NCBI GenBank assembly: GCA_964562505.1 | Contig: CAZLTB010000001.1 | Coordinates: forward strand, 2,024 to 66,023 | DNA length: 64,000 nt | Reading direction: 5' to 3' | Source of the DNA: an uncultured Candidatus Saccharibacteria bacterium | GTDB taxonomy: Bacteria > Patescibacteriota > Saccharimonadia > Saccharimonadales > CAZLTB01 | Part shown: positions 20,341 through 30,329 of the stretch, piece after piece | How the letters are laid out: every line of letters starts with the position of its first letter | How positions within the stretch are numbered: the stretch's first letter is position 1 | The notes under the pieces: generated by a model | The model's input: the letters and a program-made list of their open reading frames with translations, nothing else | The model's database searches: none | What the model was told of the DNA's origin: nothing | Translations under genes and position numbers: made by a program

Positions 20341-20799
20341 ATGAAAAAACAGTTTTATTTGACCAAGGAGGGGGCTGACGAGCTTAAGGCTGAGTTAGGT
20401 GTATTAGTCGCTCAGCGTGGACCGATTGCTGAACGTATAAAAACTGCCCGTGAATTCGGAGATCTGGCTGAAAATGCTGAATATAGCTCTGCGCGCCAGG
20501 AACAGGAGCATGTTGAGGGTCGAATTGCCGAAATTGAAAACATTCTTCAGAACCTAGAGATAATTAAAAAGCCTAAAGGCGATAGCAAAGTGCAGCTTGG
20601 GTCACTCGTGAAGCTTAAGAATGATGGCAAGACCAAAGAGTTTCGGATCGTAGGTACAGTAGAAGCTGACCCAATGAATGGTAAAATTTCAGATGAATCG
20701 CCAATTGGTCAGGCGTTACTTGGCAAAACAGAGGGTGACAAAGTAGAGATTAAGACTCCTGCTGAGACTGCACTATACAAGATTGTTGATATAGCCTAA
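20341..20799 (+). CDS. greA: Transcription elongation factor GreA
   Basis: 152 aa with a coiled-coil N-terminus, acidic tip residues and an FKBP-like C-terminus. Confidence 0.85.
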   Translation: MKKQFYLTKEGADELKAELGVLVAQRGPIAERIKTAREFGDLAENAEYSSARQEQEHVEGRIAEIENILQNLEIIKKPKGDSKVQLGSLVKLKNDGKTKEFRIVGTVEADPMNGKISDESPIGQALLGKTEGDKVEIKTPAETALYKIVDIA

Positions 20800-20840
20800 G
20801 ACTCTGGTTATCTTAAACGGAATTAGATAAGCTGTTAATA

Positions 20841-22376
20841 ATGCAGTGGCTTAATGAAATTGTCGACGAACTTATTGTCCGCCATCCCGGGGGCGAAATA
20901 CTTATTGAGTCAGGCAGTTCGCCATCTGGAGCTTATCACTTGGGGCACTTACGCGAACTATTAACAAGCGATGCCATCTTATTGGAACTAAAAAGACGTG
21001 GCAGACAGGCTCGCCATATTCAATTTGTTGATGATTTAGATGCTTTTCGCAAAGTACCGATTAATTTGCCAGCAAATTATGAGAATTATTTAGGGTATCC
21101 GCTATCTGACATACCGGCACCGGATAGTTCAAAGCAATCGCTGGCCGACTTCTTTTTAGAGGGTTTAACTAGTGCCTGTAAAATTCTGGGAGTAGAAGTT
21201 GAATACATTAGAGCAAATGAAAAATATCGTGAAGGATGGTACGTGCCAGCCATCGAACGCGCCTTAGAGCACGTGCCGGAAGCAAAAAAGGCACTAGAGA
21301 AGGTTTCTGGCCGTCGTCTTGATGAAAACTGGTCACCGATCCAGATCATGGAAGGTCCCAGGCTAAAAAAACGCGCCTTTGTTTCCTTAGACAAGACTAA
21401 TAAAACCTTGTCCTATAAAGACGCTGACAATAAAGAACAAACCGTCTCCTATAATGGGGGCGTTGTTAAACTTGACTGGCGTTTAGATTGGCCGGGAAGA
21501 TGGTGGCTACAGAAAGTGGCCGTTGAGCCATCGGGTAGAGATCATATGACTAAAGGGGGTTCATATGATACAGGCGTTCAGATTATTCGTGACGTCTATG
21601 ATTCACAGCCACCATATCCAGTATCTTATGACTTTATTAATATGGTAGGTGACACTAAAAAGATGAGTGCCAGTAAAGGTACGGGTCTTGATGCAGTGGA
21701 AGGCTCAAAGATTATGCCACCCGAAGTTCTACGTTATTTCATACTGAAAGCTCCGCCACTTAAGAGACTGTATTTTGACCCTGTGAGTGGTCTAGTGCAG
21801 TTGATGGATGAATTTGCTGAATTTGCAGCCAAAACTAACAAGACTAAAGATGAAGAACAGCTTTGGTATATGGCAACGCGCGGTAAAGGTGAACCAAGAA
21901 CTGTGTCCAGGATACCTTTTTCTCACTTAGTAGCCAGTTATCAGGCGGCTCTAAAGGATGAAGACAAAACACTCGAAGTAGTTAGTCGAACAGAACATAG
22001 TTCAACAGTGAAAGAAGATGAAGAAATTATCAAAAATGAGCTTAAATTCATAGATGTTTGGCTGGAGAGTAGGGCACCCGAAGAAGTCAAATTCAGTATT
22101 CGCCAGGAAACTGATCCAAATGAGTTCAATGATTCCCAGAAGGCATATCTCAATAAACTTGCCGATAAAATCGAGCAAGCGCCAAAAAATGCAGATGGCG
22201 AGTGGTTCCACAAAGCAATTTATGAACTAAAAGATACTGCTGGACTAGAGCCCAAAGAGTTATTCTCGACCTTATACAAGGTGCTTATCAACAAAGAGGC
22301 TGGCCCTCGTGCTGGCTGGTTTCTAAGCCTTTTACCGAGAGGATGGCTGATAAAACGCTTGCGACTGGAAAAGTAA
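20841..22376 (+). CDS. lysK: Class I lysyl-tRNA synthetase (archaeal-type LysRS)
   Basis: HIGH-type motif (AYHLGHLRE) and KMSKS-type motif (KMSAS); about 510 aa. Confidence 0.82.
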   Translation: MQWLNEIVDELIVRHPGGEILIESGSSPSGAYHLGHLRELLTSDAILLELKRRGRQARHIQFVDDLDAFRKVPINLPANYENYLGYPLSDIPAPDSSKQSLADFFLEGLTSACKILGVEVEYIRANEKYREGWYVPAIERALEHVPEAKKALEKVSGRRLDENWSPIQIMEGPRLKKRAFVSLDKTNKTLSYKDADNKEQTVSYNGGVVKLDWRLDWPGRWWLQKVAVEPSGRDHMTKGGSYDTGVQIIRDVYDSQPPYPVSYDFINMVGDTKKMSASKGTGLDAVEGSKIMPPEVLRYFILKAPPLKRLYFDPVSGLVQLMDEFAEFAAKTNKTKDEEQLWYMATRGKGEPRTVSRIPFSHLVASYQAALKDEDKTLEVVSRTEHSSTVKEDEEIIKNELKFIDVWLESRAPEEVKFSIRQETDPNEFNDSQKAYLNKLADKIEQAPKNADGEWFHKAIYELKDTAGLEPKELFSTLYKVLINKEAGPRAGWFLSLLPRGWLIKRLRLEK

Positions 22377-22377
22377 G

Positions 22378-22857
22378 GTGGAAAAAGCTGTCTTTGCGGC
22401 CGGATGCTTTTGGGGAGTCCAATATTACTTTGACCAAGTCCCTGGCATAATCAAGAGCACGGTTGGCTACACCGGGGGACACACTGAAAACCCAAACTAT
22501 GAGGCGGTGTGTACTCATACAACTGGCCACACCGAAGCTGTATTACTAGAGTTTGACCCCAAAAAAGTTAGCTATCGGACGCTCGTAAAACACTTTTTTC
22601 GCATGCACGATCCTACACAGTTGAATCGTCAAGGGCCAGATATTGGTGACCAATATCGATCGGCAATCTTTTATGAAAACAAAGAGCAAAAAGTTATTGC
22701 TGAACACATGCGGGATGAATCAAGGTCTGAATTTAAAAAACCGATCGCTACTAAAATTGTGCCATCCACCACTTTTTATCCAGCTGAGGATTATCATCAG
22801 AAGTATACTGAAAAGACTGGACAGGGTATGTGTCACATTCCGTATCAGCCAATTTGA
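22378..22857 (+). CDS. msrA: Peptide methionine sulfoxide reductase A
   Basis: GCFWG active-site motif; GTG start. Confidence 0.85.
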   Translation: MEKAVFAAGCFWGVQYYFDQVPGIIKSTVGYTGGHTENPNYEAVCTHTTGHTEAVLLEFDPKKVSYRTLVKHFFRMHDPTQLNRQGPDIGDQYRSAIFYENKEQKVIAEHMRDESRSEFKKPIATKIVPSTTFYPAEDYHQKYTEKTGQGMCHIPYQPI

Positions 22858-22873
22858 TGTTATAGTCTTTGGC

Positions 22874-23749
22874 ATGGCTACAAGAAAATCTACAACCAAG
22901 GCAAAAACCAAAACCCGTTCAACAAGATCAACAGCCGCAAAATCAACTCAGGTAAGTAAAGTAAACAGCACATCTTCGATCGTTAATGTAATACCGCTTC
23001 GCCGGATACTTGGTATAAGTGCTGCTCTGTATCTAGTTTTGTCAGTCGCAGCGCTCGCGATTATGGGGCGAAATACTTATCAAATTACGGTTGGTTATTT
23101 GGCTAAAGATGAACTGGCCAGTAAAGCAAGCACCGTACTTGCGCCAGCGATTCACGTCCTTTACGACGTTGAAATCCGTTGGGCATTATTCATAATCTTG
23201 ATCCTATCTCTAGCTACACCCATCTTATATCTGACGAGCATGGAACGACGCTACTCTGACGCCCTTAAGGGTCGCGTTTTACCTTGGCGATGGATCGATC
23301 TTGGGGTTATTGGTGCATTGATGATTGAAGTTACGGCACTGATGAATGGTATTCAAGATATTGTAGCTCTTAAAGCCGTGGTCGGCTTGGTTGCGGTTGC
23401 TGCGGCCCTCGGCTGGCTATCTGAACGACAGAATGAAGATACTTCTACCCCTGTTTGGGGAGCTTATGTAGTCGGCTTAGTGAGTGGTTTGCTGGCTTGG
23501 TTAATGATAGCAATTTATATGATTGCCACACCATTCTACGGTATGGTCCGATCACCTTGGTATGCCTATGCGTTATTTGGTGCACTAACGATTGGTTTTG
23601 CCCTAGTTCACATTAACCAATTTAACCAGCATCGTCGTGTTGGTAGCTGGAAAAACTATGTAAATGTAGAACGAAGATACCTACTCATTAACGTATTTAC
23701 AAAGGTTGCTTTTGCGGCAATATTGATCGTTGGTCTTAGAAGCCAGTAG
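22874..23749 (+). CDS. Membrane protein with a Lys/Thr/Ser-rich basic N-terminal tail and about 6 TM helices
   Basis: The true start is taken as the ATG at 22874 (MATRKSTTKAKTKTRST...). The longer track ORF beginning at 22643 overlaps msrA. Confidence 0.6.
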   Translation: MATRKSTTKAKTKTRSTRSTAAKSTQVSKVNSTSSIVNVIPLRRILGISAALYLVLSVAALAIMGRNTYQITVGYLAKDELASKASTVLAPAIHVLYDVEIRWALFIILILSLATPILYLTSMERRYSDALKGRVLPWRWIDLGVIGALMIEVTALMNGIQDIVALKAVVGLVAVAAALGWLSERQNEDTSTPVWGAYVVGLVSGLLAWLMIAIYMIATPFYGMVRSPWYAYALFGALTIGFALVHINQFNQHRRVGSWKNYVNVERRYLLINVFTKVAFAAILIVGLRSQ

Positions 23750-23833
23750 TTGCTTCCCAGTTTTAATTACTCACTTATGGCTTAGGCCGCTGTTTTAGTG
23801 ATAGGAGTGTGGAGCTGGTACAATAGCTAGCGC

Positions 23834-24616
23834 ATGGCAAATAGTTACTTCAGGGGGCGCAGTCAGCCTTATAAACCAGGCCAAAAAAGTCCGTTTAAGG
23901 TTAGTCGTAGTAAGATTGAACTTTATACTCAATGTCCACGATGCTTTTGGCTAGATGCTAGACTCAAGATCAAGCGGCCAGACGGCCCCCCATTCCAAAT
24001 TAATAAAGCAATTGATGAGCTGCTAAAGAAAGAGTTTGACGGCTACCGTTCAAAGGGCAAACCTCACCCTATAATGTTGGAATTTGGTGTTGAAGCCGTT
24101 CCTTATGCGCACGATGAGCTCGATAAATGGCGCCAGAACTTCGTAGGCGTTCAGGCACTTCATGAAACCACAAATCTGTTAGTTTTTGGCGCAATTGACG
24201 ATCTATGGATAAATGAAGCAGATGAGTTAATGGTAGTTGACTACAAAGCTACTGCTAAACAGAGTGAGGTAACTCTCGACGCTGATTGGCAAATGAGTTA
24301 TAAGCGTCAGATGGAAGTTTATCAATGGCTGCTTAGGCAAAACGGGTTCAAAGTAAACGACATGAGTTATTTTGTCTATACTAACGGAAGGCTCGATATG
24401 GACGGCTTTAATGACCACGTTGAATTCCGGACCAAAATAATTCCTTATAAAGGTAGTGATGCTTGGGTAGAACAGACACTCAGTGATATGAAGACGGCTC
24501 TAGAAGGTAATATGCCCGAAGTTGGTAAAGCGGCAATGGGCGGCGACTGCGACTTCTGTTCCTATGCCCGAGCCCGAACGGAACTGACTATTGGAGCTCT
24601 AAAGGCCAAATCCTAG
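23834..24616 (+). CDS. Cas4-like PD-(D/E)xK nuclease with a 4-Cys (Fe-S-type) cluster; stand-alone, not CRISPR-associated
   Basis: N-terminal C-x2-C (CPRCFW), core D...E-x-K (IDD...ELMVVDYK) and C-terminal C-x2-C (CDFC). Confidence 0.65.
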   Translation: MANSYFRGRSQPYKPGQKSPFKVSRSKIELYTQCPRCFWLDARLKIKRPDGPPFQINKAIDELLKKEFDGYRSKGKPHPIMLEFGVEAVPYAHDELDKWRQNFVGVQALHETTNLLVFGAIDDLWINEADELMVVDYKATAKQSEVTLDADWQMSYKRQMEVYQWLLRQNGFKVNDMSYFVYTNGRLDMDGFNDHVEFRTKIIPYKGSDAWVEQTLSDMKTALEGNMPEVGKAAMGGDCDFCSYARARTELTIGALKAKS

Positions 24617-24643
24617 AGATCTTAAGTTATAATTAATTACAGC

Positions 24644-25939
24644 ATGCTAGATATTCAGTTTATTCGTGATAATCCTGAGATTGTAAAGGAAAAGTCCAAG
24701 CAAAAAGGTTATGAAGTTGATATTGATCAACTGCTTGGTTTTGACAGGGAGAGAAAAGACTTATTGGTGCAAGTAGAGGCATTACGCCGGGAGCGTAATG
24801 AATTGGCTGCAGCTACAAAAGGTCAAAAACCTAGTGAAGATCAGGTAGCCAAAGGGCGTGAATTAAAGGATGAATTGTCTTCGTTTGAGCATCAACTTGC
24901 TTCTATCGAAAAAGAATTTCTGGCGCTACTTAAAACTGTGCCGAATATGCCGCTCGACGATGTACCTATTGGCACAAGTGAAGAGGATAATAAGGTAGTA
25001 AAAACCTGGGGTGAAAAACCAAAATTTAGTTTTACTCCCAAAAATCATTGGGAAATCGGCGAGGCAAAAGGCTGGATTGATAAAGAACGTGCCGCTAAGG
25101 TAGCTGGTTCGCGTTTTGTTTATCTCAAAGGCGATTTGGTTCTACTTGAATTTGCGCTTTGGCAATTTGCTCTTAGTAAACTAACGGACGAGACTGTAAT
25201 GCAACAGATCATAAACGACAATGGGTTAAAAGTGAGTTCAAAAGCATTTGTGCCAGTTTTGCCCCCAGCAGTCGCAAAGACTGAAGTGTATGAGGCCACC
25301 GGCCGGCTTAACAAAGAGGAGCAGACTTATCAACTTACTGAAGATGACCTGTGGCTTAATGCCAGTGCTGAGCATACTTTAGCCCCGATGTATCTTAATG
25401 AAGTACTAAGTGAAAAAGATTTGCCCTTGCGATATGTTGGATATACTACTGCGTTCAGACGGGAAGCTGGCACGTATGGCAAAGATAGCGAAGGCATATT
25501 GCGACTTCATCAATTCAACAAGCTTGAGATGGAAAGCTTTGACTTGCCCGAAAATTCATTGGACGAACACTTATTCATGATTGCCATTCAAGAGTATTTG
25601 ATGCAACAACTGAAACTGCCATATCAAGTCATAATGAAATGCACAGCCGACATTGGTGGTCCCAACGCAAGAGGAGTTGATATTGAAGCCTGGCTACCTG
25701 GACAAAATAGATATCGTGAAACTCACACAGCCGACTACATAACGGATTATCAAGCTCGTCGAATGCAAACACGTGTCCGGCGCGGTGATAACAATATCCA
25801 ATTAGTTCATACCAATGACGCCACCGCTTTCTCAGAGCGCCCTCTGATTGCCATTATTGAAAACAACCAAACCAAAGAAGGGGATATAATTATACCGGAA
25901 GCACTTAGACCATATTTGGGCGGCAGGGAGGTCTTATAA
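24644..25939 (+). CDS. serS: Seryl-tRNA synthetase
   Basis: N-terminal coiled-coil arm and class II motifs; 431 aa. Confidence 0.9.
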   Translation: MLDIQFIRDNPEIVKEKSKQKGYEVDIDQLLGFDRERKDLLVQVEALRRERNELAAATKGQKPSEDQVAKGRELKDELSSFEHQLASIEKEFLALLKTVPNMPLDDVPIGTSEEDNKVVKTWGEKPKFSFTPKNHWEIGEAKGWIDKERAAKVAGSRFVYLKGDLVLLEFALWQFALSKLTDETVMQQIINDNGLKVSSKAFVPVLPPAVAKTEVYEATGRLNKEEQTYQLTEDDLWLNASAEHTLAPMYLNEVLSEKDLPLRYVGYTTAFRREAGTYGKDSEGILRLHQFNKLEMESFDLPENSLDEHLFMIAIQEYLMQQLKLPYQVIMKCTADIGGPNARGVDIEAWLPGQNRYRETHTADYITDYQARRMQTRVRRGDNNIQLVHTNDATAFSERPLIAIIENNQTKEGDIIIPEALRPYLGGREVL

Positions 25940-25940
25940 A

Positions 25941-26300
25941 GTGATCAAGAAACTTGAGATTAACGGCGTACACATGGTTGTTAATGATGATCTTAAGAAG
26001 TATGTAATTAAAAAAATCAGTAGACTTGATCGTTATATGCCGCGACATGCCCGAGACAGTGCTCACGCCGAGGTTTTTCTAAAAGAGGCCAAGATAAAAG
26101 CTAAAAAACAGTGTACATGTGAAGTGGTTTTACATTTACCCGGTGAAAATATAACCACCAAAGAAACTACAATGAACATCTTTGCGGCAGTCGATATTGT
26201 GGAAGCCAAGCTCAAAAACCAATTGAGGAAGTACAAAGAGACGCATTCTTCACTTAGGATTCATCGACGAATTTTATCTAAACTGCGCCGAGGCGTTTAA
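25941..26300 (+). CDS. hpf: Ribosome hibernation-promoting factor, short form
   Basis: 119 aa belonging to the S30AE/RaiA family (LEITG.H...L..Y fold). Confidence 0.75.
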   Translation: MIKKLEINGVHMVVNDDLKKYVIKKISRLDRYMPRHARDSAHAEVFLKEAKIKAKKQCTCEVVLHLPGENITTKETTMNIFAAVDIVEAKLKNQLRKYKETHSSLRIHRRILSKLRRGV

Positions 26301-26416
26301 TTCTTTAATTCATTTTTAAGCGTAAGCTAAGAAATCTATAGCATAAACCACCTCTTATGGGGTAAAATGTTCGGTATTGCTGAAGTGACTGAATCGTCGG
26401 AGTATAGGAGACGCCA

Positions 26417-29011
26417 GTGAATAAAGTTTTAAAGCGGGTCCTCGGTGACCCACAAGTTCGTACGGTCAAACGCCTGAAAAAACGCGTTAAGGACGTTAAT
26501 GCTTTAGAACCGAAATACCATAAATTATCTGACAAACAGCTAAAAGAACAGACAAGTATTCTAAAGAAACGTCTTGAGAAAGAATCGTTAGATAAACTGC
26601 TACCTGACGCTTTTGCAATTGTGCGTGAAACCGCAAGTCGCACATTAAAACAACGTCATTTTGATGTCCAGTTAATCGGTGGAATGGTACTCCATGAAGG
26701 TAACGTAGCAGAAATGAAAACCGGCGAAGGTAAAACCTTAGTAGCTACATTGCCAGTTTATCTTAATGCTCTGACAAGCAAAGGTGTCCATGTTGTAACA
26801 GTTAACGATTATCTAGCCCAACGTGATGCTGGATGGATGGGACAGATTTATAATTTCTTGGGATTGAGCGTAGGAGTTGTTATACCCGATGAGTCTTTTT
26901 TATTTGATCCAAAGTTTGAGAATAAAGACCACGCCGATCCACGTTTCCGTCATTTACGCCCAGCAACTCGGCAAGAGGTATACGCGGCTGATATAACTTA
27001 CGGTACGAATAATGAATTCGGTTTCGACTATTTGCGCGACAATATGGTTAGGGAAGTTGACCAACTTAGACAACGCGACCTGAACTATGCAATAGTTGAC
27101 GAAGTCGACTCAATTTTAATCGATGAAGCCAGGACACCACTAATTATATCTGCCCCCTCCGTAACTAGTGGCAGTGCTTATGCCCAGTTTTCTAAAGTTG
27201 TCCGCCAACTTAAAAAAGAAGATGACTACGATGTGGATGAAAAACACAAGTCAGTAGTATTGACCGATGATGGCGTAGAGCATGTTGAAAAAATATTGGG
27301 AGTTAAAAGCTTGTATGGTACAGAGAACATAAGGACTATTTACCACCTTGAGCAGGCCCTAAGAGCTCAAGCGCTTTTCAAACGCGATAAAGATTATGTC
27401 GTTACTGGCGATGGCGAGGTAATAATTGTTGATGAATTTACCGGTCGCTTATTAAAAGGACGCCGCTATAATGAAGGACTTCATCAGGCAATTGAGGCCA
27501 AAGAAGGTGTAGATGTCCAGGAAGAATCCATGACGCTAGCCACGATTAGTTTTCAGAACTATTTCCGCCTATATGACAAGTTGTCCGGCATGACTGGAAC
27601 AGCCCTGACAGAGGCCGAAGAATTTCATCAGATCTATAAGTTGGACGTAGTTGACATACCGCCCAATAGACAGATTGTTCGTCAAGATAAGCCGGACCGC
27701 ATTTATCGATCTGAAATGGGCAAATTCCGGGCAATTGTCCGTGAAATTAAAACTCTGAACCAAAAAGGCCAGCCCGTATTGATCGGTACGGCATCTATCG
27801 AAAAAAATGAACTGCTTGGACAACTGCTTACGAAGGCAAACGTACCTCATCAAGTCTTAAATGCTAAAAATAATGAACGAGAAGCAACAACTATAGCCAA
27901 TGCCGGCCAAAAAGGCTCCGTTACTTTAGCAACTAACATCGCTGGAAGAGGTACCGACATCGTACTTGGCGAAGGCATAACTGAACTTGGGGGTTTGCAA
28001 GTCATTGGTACTGAGAGAAATGAATCAAGACGTGTTGACAATCAGCTTCGTGGGCGGGCAGGGCGACAAGGTGATCCAGGTGTAACCCAATTCTACGTAA
28101 GTGCTGAGGATGATCTAATGCGCATATTTGGGGGCGAACGCATCGCTACAATTATGGACAGATTAGGGGTCGATGAAGATACACCTATCGAGAACAGAGT
28201 AATCAGCAAGAGCTTAGAAGGTGCCCAAAAGAAAGTGGAAGGCTATAATTTTGATGCTCGCAAAAACGTAGTTCAATACGACGACGTAATGAATCGTCAC
28301 CGTAAAGCAACCTATATTATGCGTCGTGAGATTCTATTGCAAGCCGACATCAAAAAACGAATTAAGGTTTTCATCGAAGATGAAGTAAGAGAGCTCTCCA
28401 GTTCACCACTGATCACCACTGAACAATATGAGTCCATCGTGACTGAAGTTTTCCCGTTTGACGAAGCAACTCTCGATCAATTATTCGATAGTGACGCCAG
28501 TAAGTTCGGCAAGATTCTTTTAGAAAAGGCCAAAGAACTGTATAAGCGTCAGGAAACTAACTTCGGCTCAGATGTTCTGCGCAAAGTTGAAAGAGATGTG
28601 TATTTGCAAATATTGGACAACTTGTGGATGCAACATCTTGAAAATATGGAGCACATGCGCGAGGGCATTCATTGGATATCGGTTGGGCAACGTGATCCTT
28701 TGGTGGAGTATCGTCGGCAAGCACAACATATGTTTGAAGAAATGCAGATAAACCTAAGACACGATGTAGTAAGAGCTTTGTTCCATGCTCAACCAGCTGA
28801 TGTTAATGAGCCTACTGAGACAGAGCTGACTCTGGCAGCTCGTCAATCAGTGGATAATGCTGACAAGATCCTCGAAGCTGAAGAATTTCATGAAACTGAC
28901 TTTGTGCCCAAAAAGGTGGAAACTGTAGCCAAGCAACAAGCTTCCAATAAGCGCAAAAAAGCCCGAAAGGCTGAGCGACAACGCCGGGCAAAAGGCAAGA
29001 AGCGCAGGTAG
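26417..29011 (+). CDS. secA: Preprotein translocase ATPase SecA
   Basis: 864 aa with DEAD motor motifs and a Lys-rich C-terminus; GTG start with a TAGGAG RBS. Confidence 0.92.
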   Translation: MNKVLKRVLGDPQVRTVKRLKKRVKDVNALEPKYHKLSDKQLKEQTSILKKRLEKESLDKLLPDAFAIVRETASRTLKQRHFDVQLIGGMVLHEGNVAEMKTGEGKTLVATLPVYLNALTSKGVHVVTVNDYLAQRDAGWMGQIYNFLGLSVGVVIPDESFLFDPKFENKDHADPRFRHLRPATRQEVYAADITYGTNNEFGFDYLRDNMVREVDQLRQRDLNYAIVDEVDSILIDEARTPLIISAPSVTSGSAYAQFSKVVRQLKKEDDYDVDEKHKSVVLTDDGVEHVEKILGVKSLYGTENIRTIYHLEQALRAQALFKRDKDYVVTGDGEVIIVDEFTGRLLKGRRYNEGLHQAIEAKEGVDVQEESMTLATISFQNYFRLYDKLSGMTGTALTEAEEFHQIYKLDVVDIPPNRQIVRQDKPDRIYRSEMGKFRAIVREIKTLNQKGQPVLIGTASIEKNELLGQLLTKANVPHQVLNAKNNEREATTIANAGQKGSVTLATNIAGRGTDIVLGEGITELGGLQVIGTERNESRRVDNQLRGRAGRQGDPGVTQFYVSAEDDLMRIFGGERIATIMDRLGVDEDTPIENRVISKSLEGAQKKVEGYNFDARKNVVQYDDVMNRHRKATYIMRREILLQADIKKRIKVFIEDEVRELSSSPLITTEQYESIVTEVFPFDEATLDQLFDSDASKFGKILLEKAKELYKRQETNFGSDVLRKVERDVYLQILDNLWMQHLENMEHMREGIHWISVGQRDPLVEYRRQAQHMFEEMQINLRHDVVRALFHAQPADVNEPTETELTLAARQSVDNADKILEAEEFHETDFVPKKVETVAKQQASNKRKKARKAERQRRAKGKKRR

Positions 29012-29020
29012 GCACTAAAT

Positions 29021-30319
29021 ATGAAGCATACAGTACACGAGGCAAATCTTAATAATGGCATCAAAGGCTTATTCCTTGACATGCCTGACGCCAGCGTCAT
29101 GACAATTGAGTGTAATTTTAGAGCCGGTGGTTATCTGGTACAAGAGAATAAATGGGAAACCCCTCATTTGATGGAGCATGTGCTGCTTGGTGCCAACGAA
29201 CTGTTACCCAAAGCTCGTACATTTCAGGCTGAGTTTGAAAAAAATGGTGCCTATTGCAATGCCAGCACAGGCAGCTACGAAATTACTTATGAGGCAGAAT
29301 GTGCTGATTTCGAATGGGATAGGGTAGCTGATCTTTTGTTGACTGCCATTACAAAACCTCTATTCCTCGAGGAAGAATTTCAAGCCGAATTTGGCAATGT
29401 TCGCGAGGAGTTAATGAGTCGAAGCAACAATCATTTTCGTCACTTGAGCTTGTCACTGCGCAAAGCCTATGGATTCAAAGTATTAACTGATCAAGAAAGC
29501 TTACAGTTGATGGAAAATGTGAAAATCGAGGACATTCGTTCGCATTATCATTCAACTCATACGGCCAAGAATTTGCGTTTCGTTATCGCTGGCAAATTGC
29601 CACCATCTAGACGCAAAGTCCTAAAAGACCTATTTGAAAATATTGAATTACCAAGCGGAGAAGGAAGGCTAAAACTACCTCACGAAGACCCTAAATCTCT
29701 AGCCAGGCCACTTTATATCCATAACGATACGGTTGAGAATTTATATTTTTATGTAGATAGCTTTTTACGTAGGCGCTTAGCTGATCAAGAGCTTGATGCC
29801 CTAAGTCTTATAAATATGATGTTAACTGAAACACTGTATTCAAGAATCTTAGGTACGGCTAGAGAAAACGGTCTTGTTTATGGTATGAGTTCGGGCTACG
29901 GGCAGACCAAAGATAGTAGTAACTGGTGGTTCGGAGCGCAGGTTATGCCTAAGAATGCTTCGGCTTTATTCGACATTATGATACGTGAACTTCAGGCAGT
30001 ATTTGAAGGTAAGATTGATAATAAAGACACCCTTGCCGCTAAACAATATGCTTTGGGCCGCTACCAACGTAGTGGGCAAACAGTGAGCGGTACAGCCAGT
30101 GGCTACAGTGGGCGATATTTCTTTGACGAAGTAGTCGATGATTACTACGAAGTGCCAAAGAGACTGGAGTCGGTCGAGAAGGATCAAATGGTTGAAGTAT
30201 CAAAAGCAATGTTTCAAGAGCGTATTTGGGGTATAGGAGCTCTTGGTAGTTCAGGTGAGGAGTTCATATCACAATTGCAGCAGCAACTTTCACCACTATG
30301 GCAACATCGATTGTTATAA
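29021..30319 (+). CDS. M16-family (pitrilysin-like) zinc peptidase
   Basis: Inverted zinc motif HLMEH plus a downstream Glu. Confidence 0.75.
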   Translation: MKHTVHEANLNNGIKGLFLDMPDASVMTIECNFRAGGYLVQENKWETPHLMEHVLLGANELLPKARTFQAEFEKNGAYCNASTGSYEITYEAECADFEWDRVADLLLTAITKPLFLEEEFQAEFGNVREELMSRSNNHFRHLSLSLRKAYGFKVLTDQESLQLMENVKIEDIRSHYHSTHTAKNLRFVIAGKLPPSRRKVLKDLFENIELPSGEGRLKLPHEDPKSLARPLYIHNDTVENLYFYVDSFLRRRLADQELDALSLINMMLTETLYSRILGTARENGLVYGMSSGYGQTKDSSNWWFGAQVMPKNASALFDIMIRELQAVFEGKIDNKDTLAAKQYALGRYQRSGQTVSGTASGYSGRYFFDEVVDDYYEVPKRLESVEKDQMVEVSKAMFQERIWGIGALGSSGEEFISQLQQQLSPLWQHRLL

Positions 30320-30329
30320 CGCCAAAGTC

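Noticed and set aside
22643-22873. Long N-terminal extension of the 22643-23749 ORF overlapping msrA
   Set aside because: It runs out of frame through a conserved gene. A clean ATG at 22874 immediately after the msrA stop gives a sensible start.
30243-30329. Possible RF2 frameshift leader upstream of prfB
   Set aside because: The extension lies in the same frame as RF2 and overlaps the M16 peptidase gene. No CUU-UGA-C shift site is present.
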